Assembly (NCBI GenBank): GCA_016176405.1 | Contig: JACOXG010000004.1 | Location: forward strand, 9,082 to 73,081 | Length of the DNA stretch: 64,000 bases | From: Candidatus Daviesbacteria bacterium | GTDB lineage: Bacteria; Patescibacteriota; Microgenomatia; Daviesbacterales; UBA10151 | Direction: 5' to 3' | Shown: piece by piece, positions 10,851 through 20,655 of the stretch | Layout: every line of letters starts with the position of its first letter | How positions within the stretch are numbered: position 1 is the stretch's first letter | The notes under the pieces: model-generated | Seen by the model: only the letters and a program-made list of their open reading frames with translations | Told to the model about the DNA's origin: nothing | The model's database searches: none | Position numbers and translations under genes: made by a program

Positions 10851-12569
10851 ATGCAGCTAGATCCTGCCTCAGCAGTTACCAAAACTACCACCAGTTTAGA
10901 TGATAATAAACTGACTCAGCTTCTGGTTGGGAGCGAGATTATATCCCAACAAGATATAGAGCACGCCAAAGAACTATCTTCTCAAAAAAAGATTTCACTA
11001 TATGAAGCCATCTTAGAAAAAGATCTGATCACAGATGAAAATTTAGGCAAAATTATTGCAGATAACTTTGGGGTACCACCTGTGACTTTAACCAAAGTCT
11101 CCATCCCGGTCAATCTGTTACATATCTTGCCAGAGAGTGTGGCTGAAAAGCAGCAAACATTAATTTTTGGTGCTGATAAAAATATTTTAAAAGTGGCCAC
11201 CACCAATCCTCAAAATAAAGACTTCTTACAGATGTTAGGAAAAAAGGCTGGCCAAAAAATACAAATCTACTATGCCACCCCCAGAGAGATTAAAAAAAGT
11301 CTCAACGTCTATAAGAAAGAGATGCTTTTGACCTTTGATGAACTGCTCAAGGAACAAATTAATAAAGCTGATAAATCCGGAGTAAAAAATGATGCTCCGA
11401 TTGCCAAAATTGTCGATACTTTAATTGAATATGCTTACAGATCAGCTGCCTCAGATATTCATATTGAACCTGAGGAAGAGAAGGTCTTGGTTAGATTTAG
11501 AATTGATGGAGTTTTACATGATGAACTGGATCTGCCACCCACCTTGCATGAACAGATTGTCACCAGAATTAAGGTTTTATCAAAACTTAGAATTGATGAA
11601 CATTTGAGCGCCCAGGATGGTAAGTTACAAGCTAAGCTGGAAGATGAAGATTTAGATGTCAGGGTGTCAATTGTGCCGGTGGTAGGTGGGGAAAAGGTGG
11701 TGTTGAGACTTTTGACTTCTCATTACAGACAATTTGGTTTAACAGATTTGGGCATGAACCCCAAAGATTTGGAAAAGGTCAAAAAGGCTTTTGAAAAACC
11801 TTTTGGTATGATTTTATCATCAGGTCCGACCGGTTCGGGTAAAACTACCACCATTTATGCCATTTTAAAAATTTTAAATACCAGAGATAAAAATATTGCC
11901 ACGGTAGAGGATCCGGTAGAGTATGAAATAGAGGGCATTAATCAAATACAGGTTAATCCCAAAACTAATTTAACTTTTGCCGAAGGTTTAAGATCAATCT
12001 TAAGACAAGATCCAGATATTATATATGTAGGAGAGATCAGGGATGAGGAAACTGCCGGAATTGCCATCAATTCTGCCATGACCGGACATTTGGTTTTATC
12101 AACTTTGCACACTAATAATGCAGCCACCGGTCTGCCAAGGTTAATTGATATGAAAATTGAACCATTTTTGGTCTCATCCACCGTTAATGCCATGATTGGT
12201 CAAAGGCTGGTCAGAAAGATTTGTGACAGGTGTAAATATTCTTACACGCAGAAATTGGAAGAATTAGTTAAGCAATACTCCAAAGAGATGATTGAGAAAC
12301 ATCTGGGTACTGAGGCTGAAACCAGACTCTATAAAGGCAAGGGCTGTAATGTTTGTCATATGAGTGGTTATTTAGGCAGAATAGGCATTTTTGAAGTATT
12401 GGAGTTGTCCCCCACCATTAAAGATATGATTCTTAAAAAAACAGATGCTGATACGATTAATGCACAAGCCATTAAAGATGGTATGACCACCATGTATGAG
12501 GATGGTTTGGATAAAGTTCAATTGGGATTAACCACTATCGAGGAGGTGCTTAGAGCAACCAGCGAATGA
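10851..12569 (+). CDS. pilB: type IV pilus assembly ATPase PilB/GspE
   Basis: ASDIHIEP, GPTGSGKTTT, EDPVE, RQDPD, TGHLVLSTLH, tetra-Cys motif. Confidence 0.93.
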   Translation: MQLDPASAVTKTTTSLDDNKLTQLLVGSEIISQQDIEHAKELSSQKKISLYEAILEKDLITDENLGKIIADNFGVPPVTLTKVSIPVNLLHILPESVAEKQQTLIFGADKNILKVATTNPQNKDFLQMLGKKAGQKIQIYYATPREIKKSLNVYKKEMLLTFDELLKEQINKADKSGVKNDAPIAKIVDTLIEYAYRSAASDIHIEPEEEKVLVRFRIDGVLHDELDLPPTLHEQIVTRIKVLSKLRIDEHLSAQDGKLQAKLEDEDLDVRVSIVPVVGGEKVVLRLLTSHYRQFGLTDLGMNPKDLEKVKKAFEKPFGMILSSGPTGSGKTTTIYAILKILNTRDKNIATVEDPVEYEIEGINQIQVNPKTNLTFAEGLRSILRQDPDIIYVGEIRDEETAGIAINSAMTGHLVLSTLHTNNAATGLPRLIDMKIEPFLVSSTVNAMIGQRLVRKICDRCKYSYTQKLEELVKQYSKEMIEKHLGTEAETRLYKGKGCNVCHMSGYLGRIGIFEVLELSPTIKDMILKKTDADTINAQAIKDGMTTMYEDGLDKVQLGLTTIEEVLRATSE

Positions 12570-13642
12570 AACTGCCTGTCCTAAATTCAATATTTTTTAG
12601 GATCACCCTTTTAGACAAAGTGCTTTTTTCTAAACATTTAGCCATTATGTTAAAAAGCGGCATCCCGATTGCTGAAGCAATTATTTCTTTGAGAGATCAA
12701 ACCACCAATATGGCTTTTAAAGAAGTTTTAGCTGCAGTTACTGCTGATGTGGAAAATGGACAAAGCTTGGAAAAATCTTTATCAAAACATCCAAAAGTAT
12801 TTAATACTTTATATCTAAGTTTAGTCTCAACAGGTGAGAAAAGTGGAAATTTAGAAGAAAATTTAGATTATTTGGCTCAACAGCTTCGAAAAAGTTATGA
12901 TTTTGACAAAAAAATTCAGGGAGCCACTCTTTACCCAAAAATTGTACTTGCTGCCACAGCCATTATGGGAGGAACATTATCTTTGTTTGTTTTACCTCAA
13001 CTGGTGACTCTGTTTGCCTCATTAGATGTCAAACTGCCTCTGTCTACTAAAATTTTATTATTTTTTGCCAATACCATGAAAAATTTTGGTGTTTTTATAG
13101 CCTTAGGCTTAGTTATCGCCGCTATCATAGCTTCTCTTGTTTTAAAAACTCCCATCATTAAACCTCTCTGGCATAGATTTTTGATTAGATTGCCAATTTT
13201 TGGCAAGCTGATTCAAAATATAGAACTGGCCAATATCTGTCGAAACTTGGGGATTATGTTAAAGAGTGGTTTAACGGTGACCCAATCTCTTGATGCCCAA
13301 TTTGAAGCCACCCAAAATTTAGTCTTTAAAGATTATTTAGACCATTTAAGAAAAGCAGTAGAAAAAGGGAAAAAAATATCTGATGAGATGTCAGTCACTA
13401 AGTTTAAGTTTATCCCTGCCATAGTTCCCAAGATGGTGGGAGTAGGAGAACAAACAGGTAAGCTAGAAGATGTCTTGATATATTTGGGAGATTTTTTTGA
13501 GGAAGAAGCTGATGATGCCACTAAAAATTTATCAACCACCATCGAGCCAATTCTTTTGCTGATAGTCGGGACAGTGGTGGGATTTGTGGCTTTGGCTATA
13601 GTTACTCCCATCTATGACCTGACATCTGGTATCAAAAAATGA
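12566..13642 (+). CDS. pilC: type IV pilus platform protein PilC/GspF
   Basis: Two GspF repeats (LAIMLKSG...GEKSGNL; GEQTGKL...IEP). Confidence 0.92.
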   Translation: MKLPVLNSIFFRITLLDKVLFSKHLAIMLKSGIPIAEAIISLRDQTTNMAFKEVLAAVTADVENGQSLEKSLSKHPKVFNTLYLSLVSTGEKSGNLEENLDYLAQQLRKSYDFDKKIQGATLYPKIVLAATAIMGGTLSLFVLPQLVTLFASLDVKLPLSTKILLFFANTMKNFGVFIALGLVIAAIIASLVLKTPIIKPLWHRFLIRLPIFGKLIQNIELANICRNLGIMLKSGLTVTQSLDAQFEATQNLVFKDYLDHLRKAVEKGKKISDEMSVTKFKFIPAIVPKMVGVGEQTGKLEDVLIYLGDFFEEEADDATKNLSTTIEPILLLIVGTVVGFVALAIVTPIYDLTSGIKK

Positions 13643-14115
13643 GCAAGCTCTTTTCTTCGAAAATGAACAAGTTCTTTTCTTCGAAAATGAGAGGGATCAC
13701 CCTGATTGAATTGCTCATTGTGATTGCTTTAGTTTTAATTGTTTCTGCCATGGGGCCAATCTTTTATTCCAGATTTTTATTACAAAATGCAGTGGAAGAT
13801 ACTGCCAATCAAATATCTGGCAGTTTAAGAAAAGCCCAGACCTATGCCATGATGGGAAAACAGGGTAGTGCTTGGTCCCTAAATTATTCTTCAAACACCC
13901 TAACTTTATATAAAGGTACTAACTTTGCCTTAAGAGATAGCTCATTTGATGAGAAGTTTGATATCAATCCTAATGTAACTATTTCCGGGACAGATATTTC
14001 ATTTGCCAAAGTCACTGGCTTACCAACTCCATCCTCTGCTACTATTACCATCACTTCTGGCAATAATTCTAAAACTTTAACTGTTAACAATCAAGGAGTG
14101 GTCTCAAGACAATGA
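13639..14115 (+). CDS. type IV minor pilin (FimT/GspH-like)
   Basis: Prepilin cleavage site RG|ITLIELL; duplicated leader segment. Confidence 0.85.
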   Translation: MSKLFSSKMNKFFSSKMRGITLIELLIVIALVLIVSAMGPIFYSRFLLQNAVEDTANQISGSLRKAQTYAMMGKQGSAWSLNYSSNTLTLYKGTNFALRDSSFDEKFDINPNVTISGTDISFAKVTGLPTPSSATITITSGNNSKTLTVNNQGVVSRQ

Positions 14116-16028
14116 AAAAGGCAACTGCCCTGAGCGATCCTGAGCGAGCGAAGCGAGTCGAAGGAGAGTCGAAGGGTTTTTCAATCTTAGAAGTCATTTT
14201 AGCCGCAGCCTTGTTTGTGACTTTTTCAGTAGGGGCAATAACCGTGGTGGTGTCCGGTTATAATGCCAATAGGTTAGGAGCAGAATTTAGTGTGGCTAAC
14301 CAGTTTGCCTCAGAAGGCATGGAGGCAGTTAAATCAATCAAAAATCAATCCTACTGTGACTTGGCAGCAGTTAGCTCATCAACCAGGGGACTTCTAAGAA
14401 CTGGAGGTGTCTGGGCTTTTGATGCTGACGGGACTGATGACCGTCTGACTCACAACAGTAGCGATGATTTTATCAGAACTGTTAAGGTGGAAAGAGTTCG
14501 AAGAAATGCTGCCGGGGATATTGTCATCTCAGGTGGAACAGTAGATTCTTATAGCAAAAAAATTACCTCAACGGTCAATTGGAATTTTAACACAGCCAGG
14601 CCTGAATCAATCAGCTTAGTCTCTTATTTGTCTGATTGGAGAAGACCGATCCCTGGGGGTAGTAACGGAATAATTATTTATACTGGTGAAGGCTCAAACA
14701 CACCAACCTATAGGATTTACGATGTTTGCTCTAATTCCTTTGGGCCAGAGTTTTCAACAGTGGCTGGGGGTCTTGGAAAAAATTTTGTGACTAGAACCTC
14801 GCCCACCAAAGGAGAAGTCATTGTAGGATATGGTGATAATTCAAACCCCCAGATACTTAGGGTGATGTGTTTTGATGGAGCAACTTGGAGTATTGAATGG
14901 TCAGCCACAGTTGGAGGAGATGGTAGCGGAACTAACGCTACTACCAGGCGATTTGATATTGCTTATGAAACCAATTCTGGTGATGTGCTGGTGGTATATT
15001 CCACTAATTCAGGCACAAATGAAATAGGTTATAAAACCAAGCCTGGTTCAGCAGACTGTGGTGCTAGTAATTGGGTTTCCTATCCTAACATTGATTCACC
15101 AGGAACCTCAGGTACTGTTACCTGGGTCACCATGGCTTGGGATCGAAGATCTACTTCCAATTTGATTGCAGCTGTTTGGGCTGATACTGCTAATGATTTG
15201 CAAGGAGCTGTTTGGGATGGGGATACCAACAGTTGGGTTCAAAGGACTACAGCCATGGATACATCACTGGCTCTTGGTTCAATTCAAGACGTAGAGTTTG
15301 AGTCAGTTTCTGGTGATATTATGGTAGTTTGGGCAAATGTGGCTGGTAATAATGGGACCAATGGAGCGCGTTACATGACTTGCGTAGGAGGAACAGCTAA
15401 CTGTACCTGGGATGCATCTGCCCAAACACCGCCCACTTTTTTGGATGCTGCGCAGAACTTAGATATAGCTGCCAACCCGCTAGATAATCAGCTTCTTTTT
15501 GCCTCTATTGGCTTCGATCCTAATGATTCAGGTGGACAGGATTTACAAGTTGGTCGCTGGGATGGTAGTGCCTGGGCCAATGTGGCCAATGTTGATACCT
15601 CTAGCAAGCCTCCCTTAGGAGCCGTGAGTAAAATGGTGGCTAATGGATGGTTAATTGCTGGTTCCACAGTCAGAGGAATAGTGGTTTATGTAGATAACGT
15701 AACTACTGGAGTAATCAGCTATCTAGTGATGACACCCTGTGGCCCCCCATATCCTTGTTCCCCGTCTTGGAGTGGCCTGCAGACTGCCAGCCCTGCACCC
15801 ACCATGGGAGGTAATCAGCTTTGGAATGATATTCAAATGGATCCTATTAATCAAGAATCCTTAATCTTAACTGCCTCCAATTTTACAAATGACTTGTTTG
15901 CTAAAAGATTGGTGATGACTGCTGGCCCCACTCTTACCTGGACTGATGCTAATAATGGCTCAGTTCTAGAGTTGGATTTGGGACAAAACAGCAGGAGTCC
16001 TTTCAGTTTTGCCTATTGGAGATACTGA
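14112..16028 (+). CDS. large pilin-like protein with extended C-terminal (adhesin-like) domain
   Basis: KG|FSILEV prepilin motif; 638 aa; Gly/Ser/Thr/Trp-rich beta-type tail. Confidence 0.8.
   Translation: MKKATALSDPERAKRVEGESKGFSILEVILAAALFVTFSVGAITVVVSGYNANRLGAEFSVANQFASEGMEAVKSIKNQSYCDLAAVSSSTRGLLRTGGVWAFDADGTDDRLTHNSSDDFIRTVKVERVRRNAAGDIVISGGTVDSYSKKITSTVNWNFNTARPESISLVSYLSDWRRPIPGGSNGIIIYTGEGSNTPTYRIYDVCSNSFGPEFSTVAGGLGKNFVTRTSPTKGEVIVGYGDNSNPQILRVMCFDGATWSIEWSATVGGDGSGTNATTRRFDIAYETNSGDVLVVYSTNSGTNEIGYKTKPGSADCGASNWVSYPNIDSPGTSGTVTWVTMAWDRRSTSNLIAAVWADTANDLQGAVWDGDTNSWVQRTTAMDTSLALGSIQDVEFESVSGDIMVVWANVAGNNGTNGARYMTCVGGTANCTWDASAQTPPTFLDAAQNLDIAANPLDNQLLFASIGFDPNDSGGQDLQVGRWDGSAWANVANVDTSSKPPLGAVSKMVANGWLIAGSTVRGIVVYVDNVTTGVISYLVMTPCGPPYPCSPSWSGLQTASPAPTMGGNQLWNDIQMDPINQESLILTASNFTNDLFAKRLVMTAGPTLTWTDANNGSVLELDLGQNSRSPFSFAYWRY
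14128..14176 (+). repeat. nested CCCTGAGC...GTCGAAGGG REP-like element in the prepilin leader
   Basis: CCCTGAGC-GA-[TCCTGAGCGAGCGAAGCGAGTCGAAGGA]-GA-GTCGAAGGG, translated as LSDPERAKRVEGESKG. Confidence 0.7.
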
Positions 16029-16528
16029 TGATGGGAAAGCAAAAGGGTTTTACTTTCATTGAAATTATTCTATATGTCGTGATTGTTTCCATTATGATGG
16101 CTGCTTTAATTCCTTTTGCCTGGGATGTGATTGGAGGAGCTTCTAAAAGCGGTGCTCAGCAAGAGGTTTTTTCTCAAGCCAGGTTTGTTTCTGAAAGAAT
16201 TAAATATGAGATTAGGAATGCTAGTGGGATTACCTCGGTTGGAGCCAGTAGTATTAGTTTAACTAATTTTTCTCCAGATACTACCACTGTAATAGATCTT
16301 TCTGGAGGAAAGATTAGAATTAATAAAAACGGAGCAGGTGCAGTTAATTTAAATTCTGATGATACAAATGTTACTAATTTAACATTTACCAACTATACCT
16401 CGGGGGACAATAAAACCAAGCATATCCAATTTAGCTTTACCATAGATGATAATTATGGTAGTTCAAGGCAAGAATATGATGTTCCAGTCCAGACTATCCA
16501 GGGCAGTGCAGAAGTAAGGAGTAATTAA
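16028..16528 (+). CDS. type IV minor pilin (PilW-like)
   Basis: KG|FTFIEI motif; ATG overlaps the upstream stop. Confidence 0.85.
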   Translation: MMGKQKGFTFIEIILYVVIVSIMMAALIPFAWDVIGGASKSGAQQEVFSQARFVSERIKYEIRNASGITSVGASSISLTNFSPDTTTVIDLSGGKIRINKNGAGAVNLNSDDTNVTNLTFTNYTSGDNKTKHIQFSFTIDDNYGSSRQEYDVPVQTIQGSAEVRSN

Positions 16529-16909
16529 ATGAAAGAGAAAGGATTCGTAGCCATTTCTGTAGTTTTAATTTTAATAGTAGTAGTTTTATCAATTGGTGCC
16601 ACCGTTACTTATTTATCTATTGGAGAAGGCCAATCAGGTTTAATTCTATACCAAGGTGAGGATAATCTTAGCTTTGTAGAAGGTTGTGCTGAGGATGTGA
16701 TGGTTAAAGTTAGATCCAATAGTGCTTTTAATGATACCTCAATCAGTCGGCCTGAGGGAACTTGTTCAATTACTTATAACTTGGGAGGGCCAACTGATTG
16801 GGATATTACTGTTTCCTCATCAACCACCACCAATGTCCAAAGAAAAATTCAAGTAATCTTTGTCAGAAATCCGACAGGAATAACTTTAACTAGTTGGAGG
16901 GAGATTTAA
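16529..16909 (+). CDS. PilX-like minor pilin
   Basis: KG|FVAISV lacks E5, as PilX/GspK-type pilins do. Confidence 0.7.
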   Translation: MKEKGFVAISVVLILIVVVLSIGATVTYLSIGEGQSGLILYQGEDNLSFVEGCAEDVMVKVRSNSAFNDTSISRPEGTCSITYNLGGPTDWDITVSSSTTTNVQRKIQVIFVRNPTGITLTSWREI

Positions 16910-16912
16910 TTT

Positions 16913-18364
16913 TCACTTACGTTTGAAAATAAAAGCGTATGGATCATCATAGATTATTTCCCATTTTCCTTCCTGAACAAGTTGGATTAATCTGCCAAAA
17001 AGTGGTTTTTGAATTGAGATATAAACTAAATCATATTTAGTTTGATCAATATCAGTTTGGTTAGTTTCAATTAAAACATAATTATAAAAGGCATTGTAGC
17101 CTGTCTCGTCCTGCCAAAAAGCCATCCTGCCATCAATGGTAGGTTTTATCTTAGGATAGTTCCAAATTAACCACCCTCCGAAGTTAAAGTCTGAAAGAAG
17201 TGTGGAGGAATCTAGATGAGACTCTAAAAATTCAGCTGATTTTGGAGAACAATACAAATAATTACAATATGTGTCCCAGTTCATCGGGACAGATTTCAAA
17301 TCAGGTATCTTTATAAAGATGATAAAGATTAATCCTAAAATTAGCATGATACTTATCAGGATATTTTTAAGAAAGTTGCTTAATTTATCACTAAATGAAA
17401 ATAAGTGTTTAATAATAGGAATTGATAGTAAAAGTGTCACCCAAATATATCTTCTGATCTCAAAAGAGGCAAAGAGCAGGGCAAAAGCTAAAAGTATAAA
17501 GTAGGCATATTCAAAAAGCTTCTTTTTATAAATGATAATTAAACTACCAATTCCTATAAGAAACAGCCAAACATATAATTGCCACCAAAAAAAAGAATAA
17601 TCATCAACCGGACTCCATTCTTGAATATATTTTTGTGAAGTATTAGAAGCATGCCTAAAAACTTCTTTATAAATATCTGCACCGAAAGGGTTAATAAAAG
17701 TTACTAATACTGATGATAAAAAAATTACGCTTAAAAATTTTGCTTCATACTTAAGCTTAGAAAAATCCTTACTTTTTAAGAAATCTATACCTAGTTTAAA
17801 AGCTATCCAAATTAAAAATAAACCTAAACCTAATACAAATTGGCCATGAAAATTCACCCAGATTAAAAAAAGTGGAGGCAGTAAAAGTAGTGCTTTTTTA
17901 CTATTTTTTGAAAGAATGTAAAAAAGTATTGATAATCCTAAAAAGGATAGCATGTATCCTCTGAATGAATTTCTAAAAAGAGGGGCTTCAAAAAGTAAAA
18001 CTAGGGGTAAAACAAAGGTTTCCTGAAAAAGAGTCAGTTTTGAGGCTTTGGAAAAAAAGAAAAAGGTGAGTGTTAAAACTACTGCTGCGAGGATAGATAT
18101 ACCCCAAAAACCCCCCAGATAATAGGCCAGATATGTTATAACATCAGTTAACCAGGCTGAGTTAATGTATTTATAATCAGGCATTTCAACGGAAAAAGTG
18201 TTATTCATGAGGATTTGGCGATGTTGAAAAAAATATTCTCCGTATTTTAAATGCCAGCCTAAATCAGGGTCTTTTGGTATATACAAACAGAAGATAAAAA
18301 TGAAGGAGTAGATAAAAATTCGTAGTAAAAATGGGGTCTTGACAAACTTCAAAAACTTTGTCAT
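16913..18364 (-). CDS. polytopic membrane protein, putative GT-C glycosyltransferase
   Basis: DPDLGWHL after TM1, many TM helices, WVNFHG, NPFG, IQEW, FGGWL...IDGR. Confidence 0.65.
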   Translation of the reverse strand: MTKFLKFVKTPFLLRIFIYSFIFIFCLYIPKDPDLGWHLKYGEYFFQHRQILMNNTFSVEMPDYKYINSAWLTDVITYLAYYLGGFWGISILAAVVLTLTFFFFSKASKLTLFQETFVLPLVLLFEAPLFRNSFRGYMLSFLGLSILFYILSKNSKKALLLLPPLFLIWVNFHGQFVLGLGLFLIWIAFKLGIDFLKSKDFSKLKYEAKFLSVIFLSSVLVTFINPFGADIYKEVFRHASNTSQKYIQEWSPVDDYSFFWWQLYVWLFLIGIGSLIIIYKKKLFEYAYFILLAFALLFASFEIRRYIWVTLLLSIPIIKHLFSFSDKLSNFLKNILISIMLILGLIFIIFIKIPDLKSVPMNWDTYCNYLYCSPKSAEFLESHLDSSTLLSDFNFGGWLIWNYPKIKPTIDGRMAFWQDETGYNAFYNYVLIETNQTDIDQTKYDLVYISIQKPLFGRLIQLVQEGKWEIIYDDPYAFIFKRK

Positions 18365-18378
18365 TGTTAAATCATAGC

Positions 18379-18909
18379 ATGAAAAAGTTTCTGCCCAAGC
18401 TTTTTAAAGGTACTTCAGGTTTTACTTTAATTGAACTTTTAGTTGCTTTAACCATTGTCACTATTTTGGCTGTGGCTGTTTATGTTGCCCTAAATCCAGC
18501 CCAAAGATTAAAAGATTCTAAAGATGCCAGAAGAACTGCGGATATTGAATCAATACTAACAGCCATCCATCAATCAATTGTTGATAATAAGGGTACATAT
18601 CCTACTAATATGCCTGCTGATGGTACTGTTAGACAAATAGGAACTGGAAATGCTACAGATTGTCCAGTATCAGTTGGCACAGATTGTAATACTACTGATA
18701 TAACAGGATATGCTACTGTCTGTGCAGATTTAATGGCGGGTGGTCAAAATCTAAGCAACTATTTAGCCTCCATACCTCTTGATCCGTTGGGAGGATCAAC
18801 TGCTAATGCTGTTAAAACAGGATATGCTGTTGGAAAAACTTCAGTTGGTATTGTCACTGTTTACGCTTGCCACACAGATGGAACCTCTGTCATTAAGGTT
18901 TCCAGATAA
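18379..18909 (+). CDS. type IV pilin (probable major pilin)
   Basis: SG|FTLIELL...DARR.ADI...YLASIPLDP; TTGACA promoter element upstream. Confidence 0.85.
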   Translation: MKKFLPKLFKGTSGFTLIELLVALTIVTILAVAVYVALNPAQRLKDSKDARRTADIESILTAIHQSIVDNKGTYPTNMPADGTVRQIGTGNATDCPVSVGTDCNTTDITGYATVCADLMAGGQNLSNYLASIPLDPLGGSTANAVKTGYAVGKTSVGIVTVYACHTDGTSVIKVSR

Positions 18910-18940
18910 CTCCTTTTTCTGCTAATATATTATTACTGCT

Positions 18941-20023
18941 ATGTTTTCCTTAAACTCTAAAAGTTTAATTTTTATTAAAAAAGAAAAATTAGAGTTTTTT
19001 ATGGGTAAAATTAGGGATGAGTTAATTTTTCCCCCCTCAACTGTTTCCAATCTGGAGATTTTAAATATGGAAGCTTTCGAAAAAAGTGTCAGTGATTTTT
19101 TAGCTAAATTTAAGCTTAAGAAAAATAAACTACTGATTGTTTTATCTGAGGATATGAATTTTCAAAAGGATCTGCCTAAAAATCTGGATGAACAGTTAGA
19201 AGTCAAGGTCTCTGAATTTTTAAATACTGTACCTTTTGAGCCAGGCAAAATTGCCTTCAAAAAAATAGAGAAAGGTGAAACAGTGGAAATGTTTGCTGCC
19301 AATAGAACTTTTTTCAAAGTAATACAAAAGGTGGCTACAGCTGCCGGAGCTCAAATTTTAGGGATAGTACCGCTTTCAATTTTTAAAGAAAAGTATGGGT
19401 TGGGAACAGAACTTGATGAAGGTGGAGCTAAAAAAATTCTCTCTGACAAAAAATTAATTATAGCCGGAAATTTTCTGTCTGAGGAAGAGGGTCATATTGA
19501 GCCTGCCAAATTAAAATTCTCCAGGGTGCTGGTGATGATCATAATTTTTGGGGTATATGGGGGTGGTGGAATTATGGTATTGGGAATTTTACTGGGTTTG
19601 ATAGAGAATCCTTTTCCCTTCCTGCCGTTAGGGCCCGCCTTAAAGCCCCCTGTTCAGACCCAGGAGGTACAACCTAAAGTTTCTACTAATGAGGCGACTG
19701 AATCAGCCTCAGAGGCCACTGAATCTGCCAAAATTAGTAATCCTGATTTAAAAATCCAAGTCCTTAATGGATCAGGCATTGCTGGGCAAGCTACGGCTGT
19801 ACAAAAGCAAATTACTGATTTGGGCTTTGCCAGTGTGGAAATAGGCAATGCTTTAGGAACAGGTTCTACTGATACTACGGTGGTTTTTTCACCTAAAGTT
19901 ACTACTTCTGATCGGGATATCATAAAAAAAGAGCTGGAAAAAACTTTGCAAAAAGTTAATACCCAAGAGGGTGCAGAAGATGCAGAATTTGATGTAATCA
20001 TTACCACCGGCAGCTATTCTTAA
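18941..20023 (+). CDS. PilM-like N-domain + TM + LytR C-terminal domain protein
   Basis: C-terminal IQVLNGSGIAGQA...GNA...DVIITTG (LytR_C); N-terminal resemblance to PilM is weak. Confidence 0.65.
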   Translation: MFSLNSKSLIFIKKEKLEFFMGKIRDELIFPPSTVSNLEILNMEAFEKSVSDFLAKFKLKKNKLLIVLSEDMNFQKDLPKNLDEQLEVKVSEFLNTVPFEPGKIAFKKIEKGETVEMFAANRTFFKVIQKVATAAGAQILGIVPLSIFKEKYGLGTELDEGGAKKILSDKKLIIAGNFLSEEEGHIEPAKLKFSRVLVMIIIFGVYGGGGIMVLGILLGLIENPFPFLPLGPALKPPVQTQEVQPKVSTNEATESASEATESAKISNPDLKIQVLNGSGIAGQATAVQKQITDLGFASVEIGNALGTGSTDTTVVFSPKVTTSDRDIIKKELEKTLQKVNTQEGAEDAEFDVIITTGSYS

Positions 20024-20068
20024 GAAGTTAATTTGCTTTTTTAAACTCTCTATGCTAGAAAATGGCTG

Positions 20069-20575
20069 ATGAGTTTAGAAAAATATCCGGCTGAAGGGGA
20101 AATAGCAAAAGATCCTGTTTTTGGTAATTTATATACTGCCAGAAATTTGCAAGAAGCATTACGGGGTGGTGAACAAGTTAGAACAGAATATCAAGAAACT
20201 CTTAGAAAGCTTCATAATAATAAAGTGCATTCAATTATAGCGCTAAAGGAGCTTATAATTGAGGATAGTGTGGGAGCTAGTGATCTTGTTGAAGCTTTTA
20301 TATATGTTCCTAATCTTCGGCACAGTAGAGAAGCCGGCGTCTCAAGATTAACAAGAAGAATAATAATTTTTGATGATTCTGGAAATTGTGAGGTTACAGT
20401 CCATAAAAATGTAACAGCTCCTCTAACAGAGCTAAAAAATGATTGGTATTCTGATGTAATTTTACTTGGCGTTTATCATCCAGACGCCAGTTCTTTTTCT
20501 CTTACCCATTATCTTCATGGGCATGTACCAATAACTGAAATTAGACAAAGAGTACTTTACCCCAAAAAACCCTAA
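20069..20575 (+). CDS. hypothetical protein
   Basis: 168-aa ORF, no recognisable motif. Confidence 0.6.
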   Translation: MSLEKYPAEGEIAKDPVFGNLYTARNLQEALRGGEQVRTEYQETLRKLHNNKVHSIIALKELIIEDSVGASDLVEAFIYVPNLRHSREAGVSRLTRRIIIFDDSGNCEVTVHKNVTAPLTELKNDWYSDVILLGVYHPDASSFSLTHYLHGHVPITEIRQRVLYPKKP

Positions 20576-20587
20576 TATTAAACTACG

Positions 20588-20655
20588 TTCCCACATCTCA
20601 AGTGGGAAGCTAGATTGTAAATTCCATCTCAAGTGGGAAGCTAGATTGTAAATTC
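20588..20655. repeat. hairpin TTCCCAC-ATCTCAA-GTGGGAA plus perfect 31-bp tandem duplication
   Basis: CATCTCAAGTGGGAAGCTAGATTGTAAATTC occurs twice (20594-20655), between convergent genes. Confidence 0.8.
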
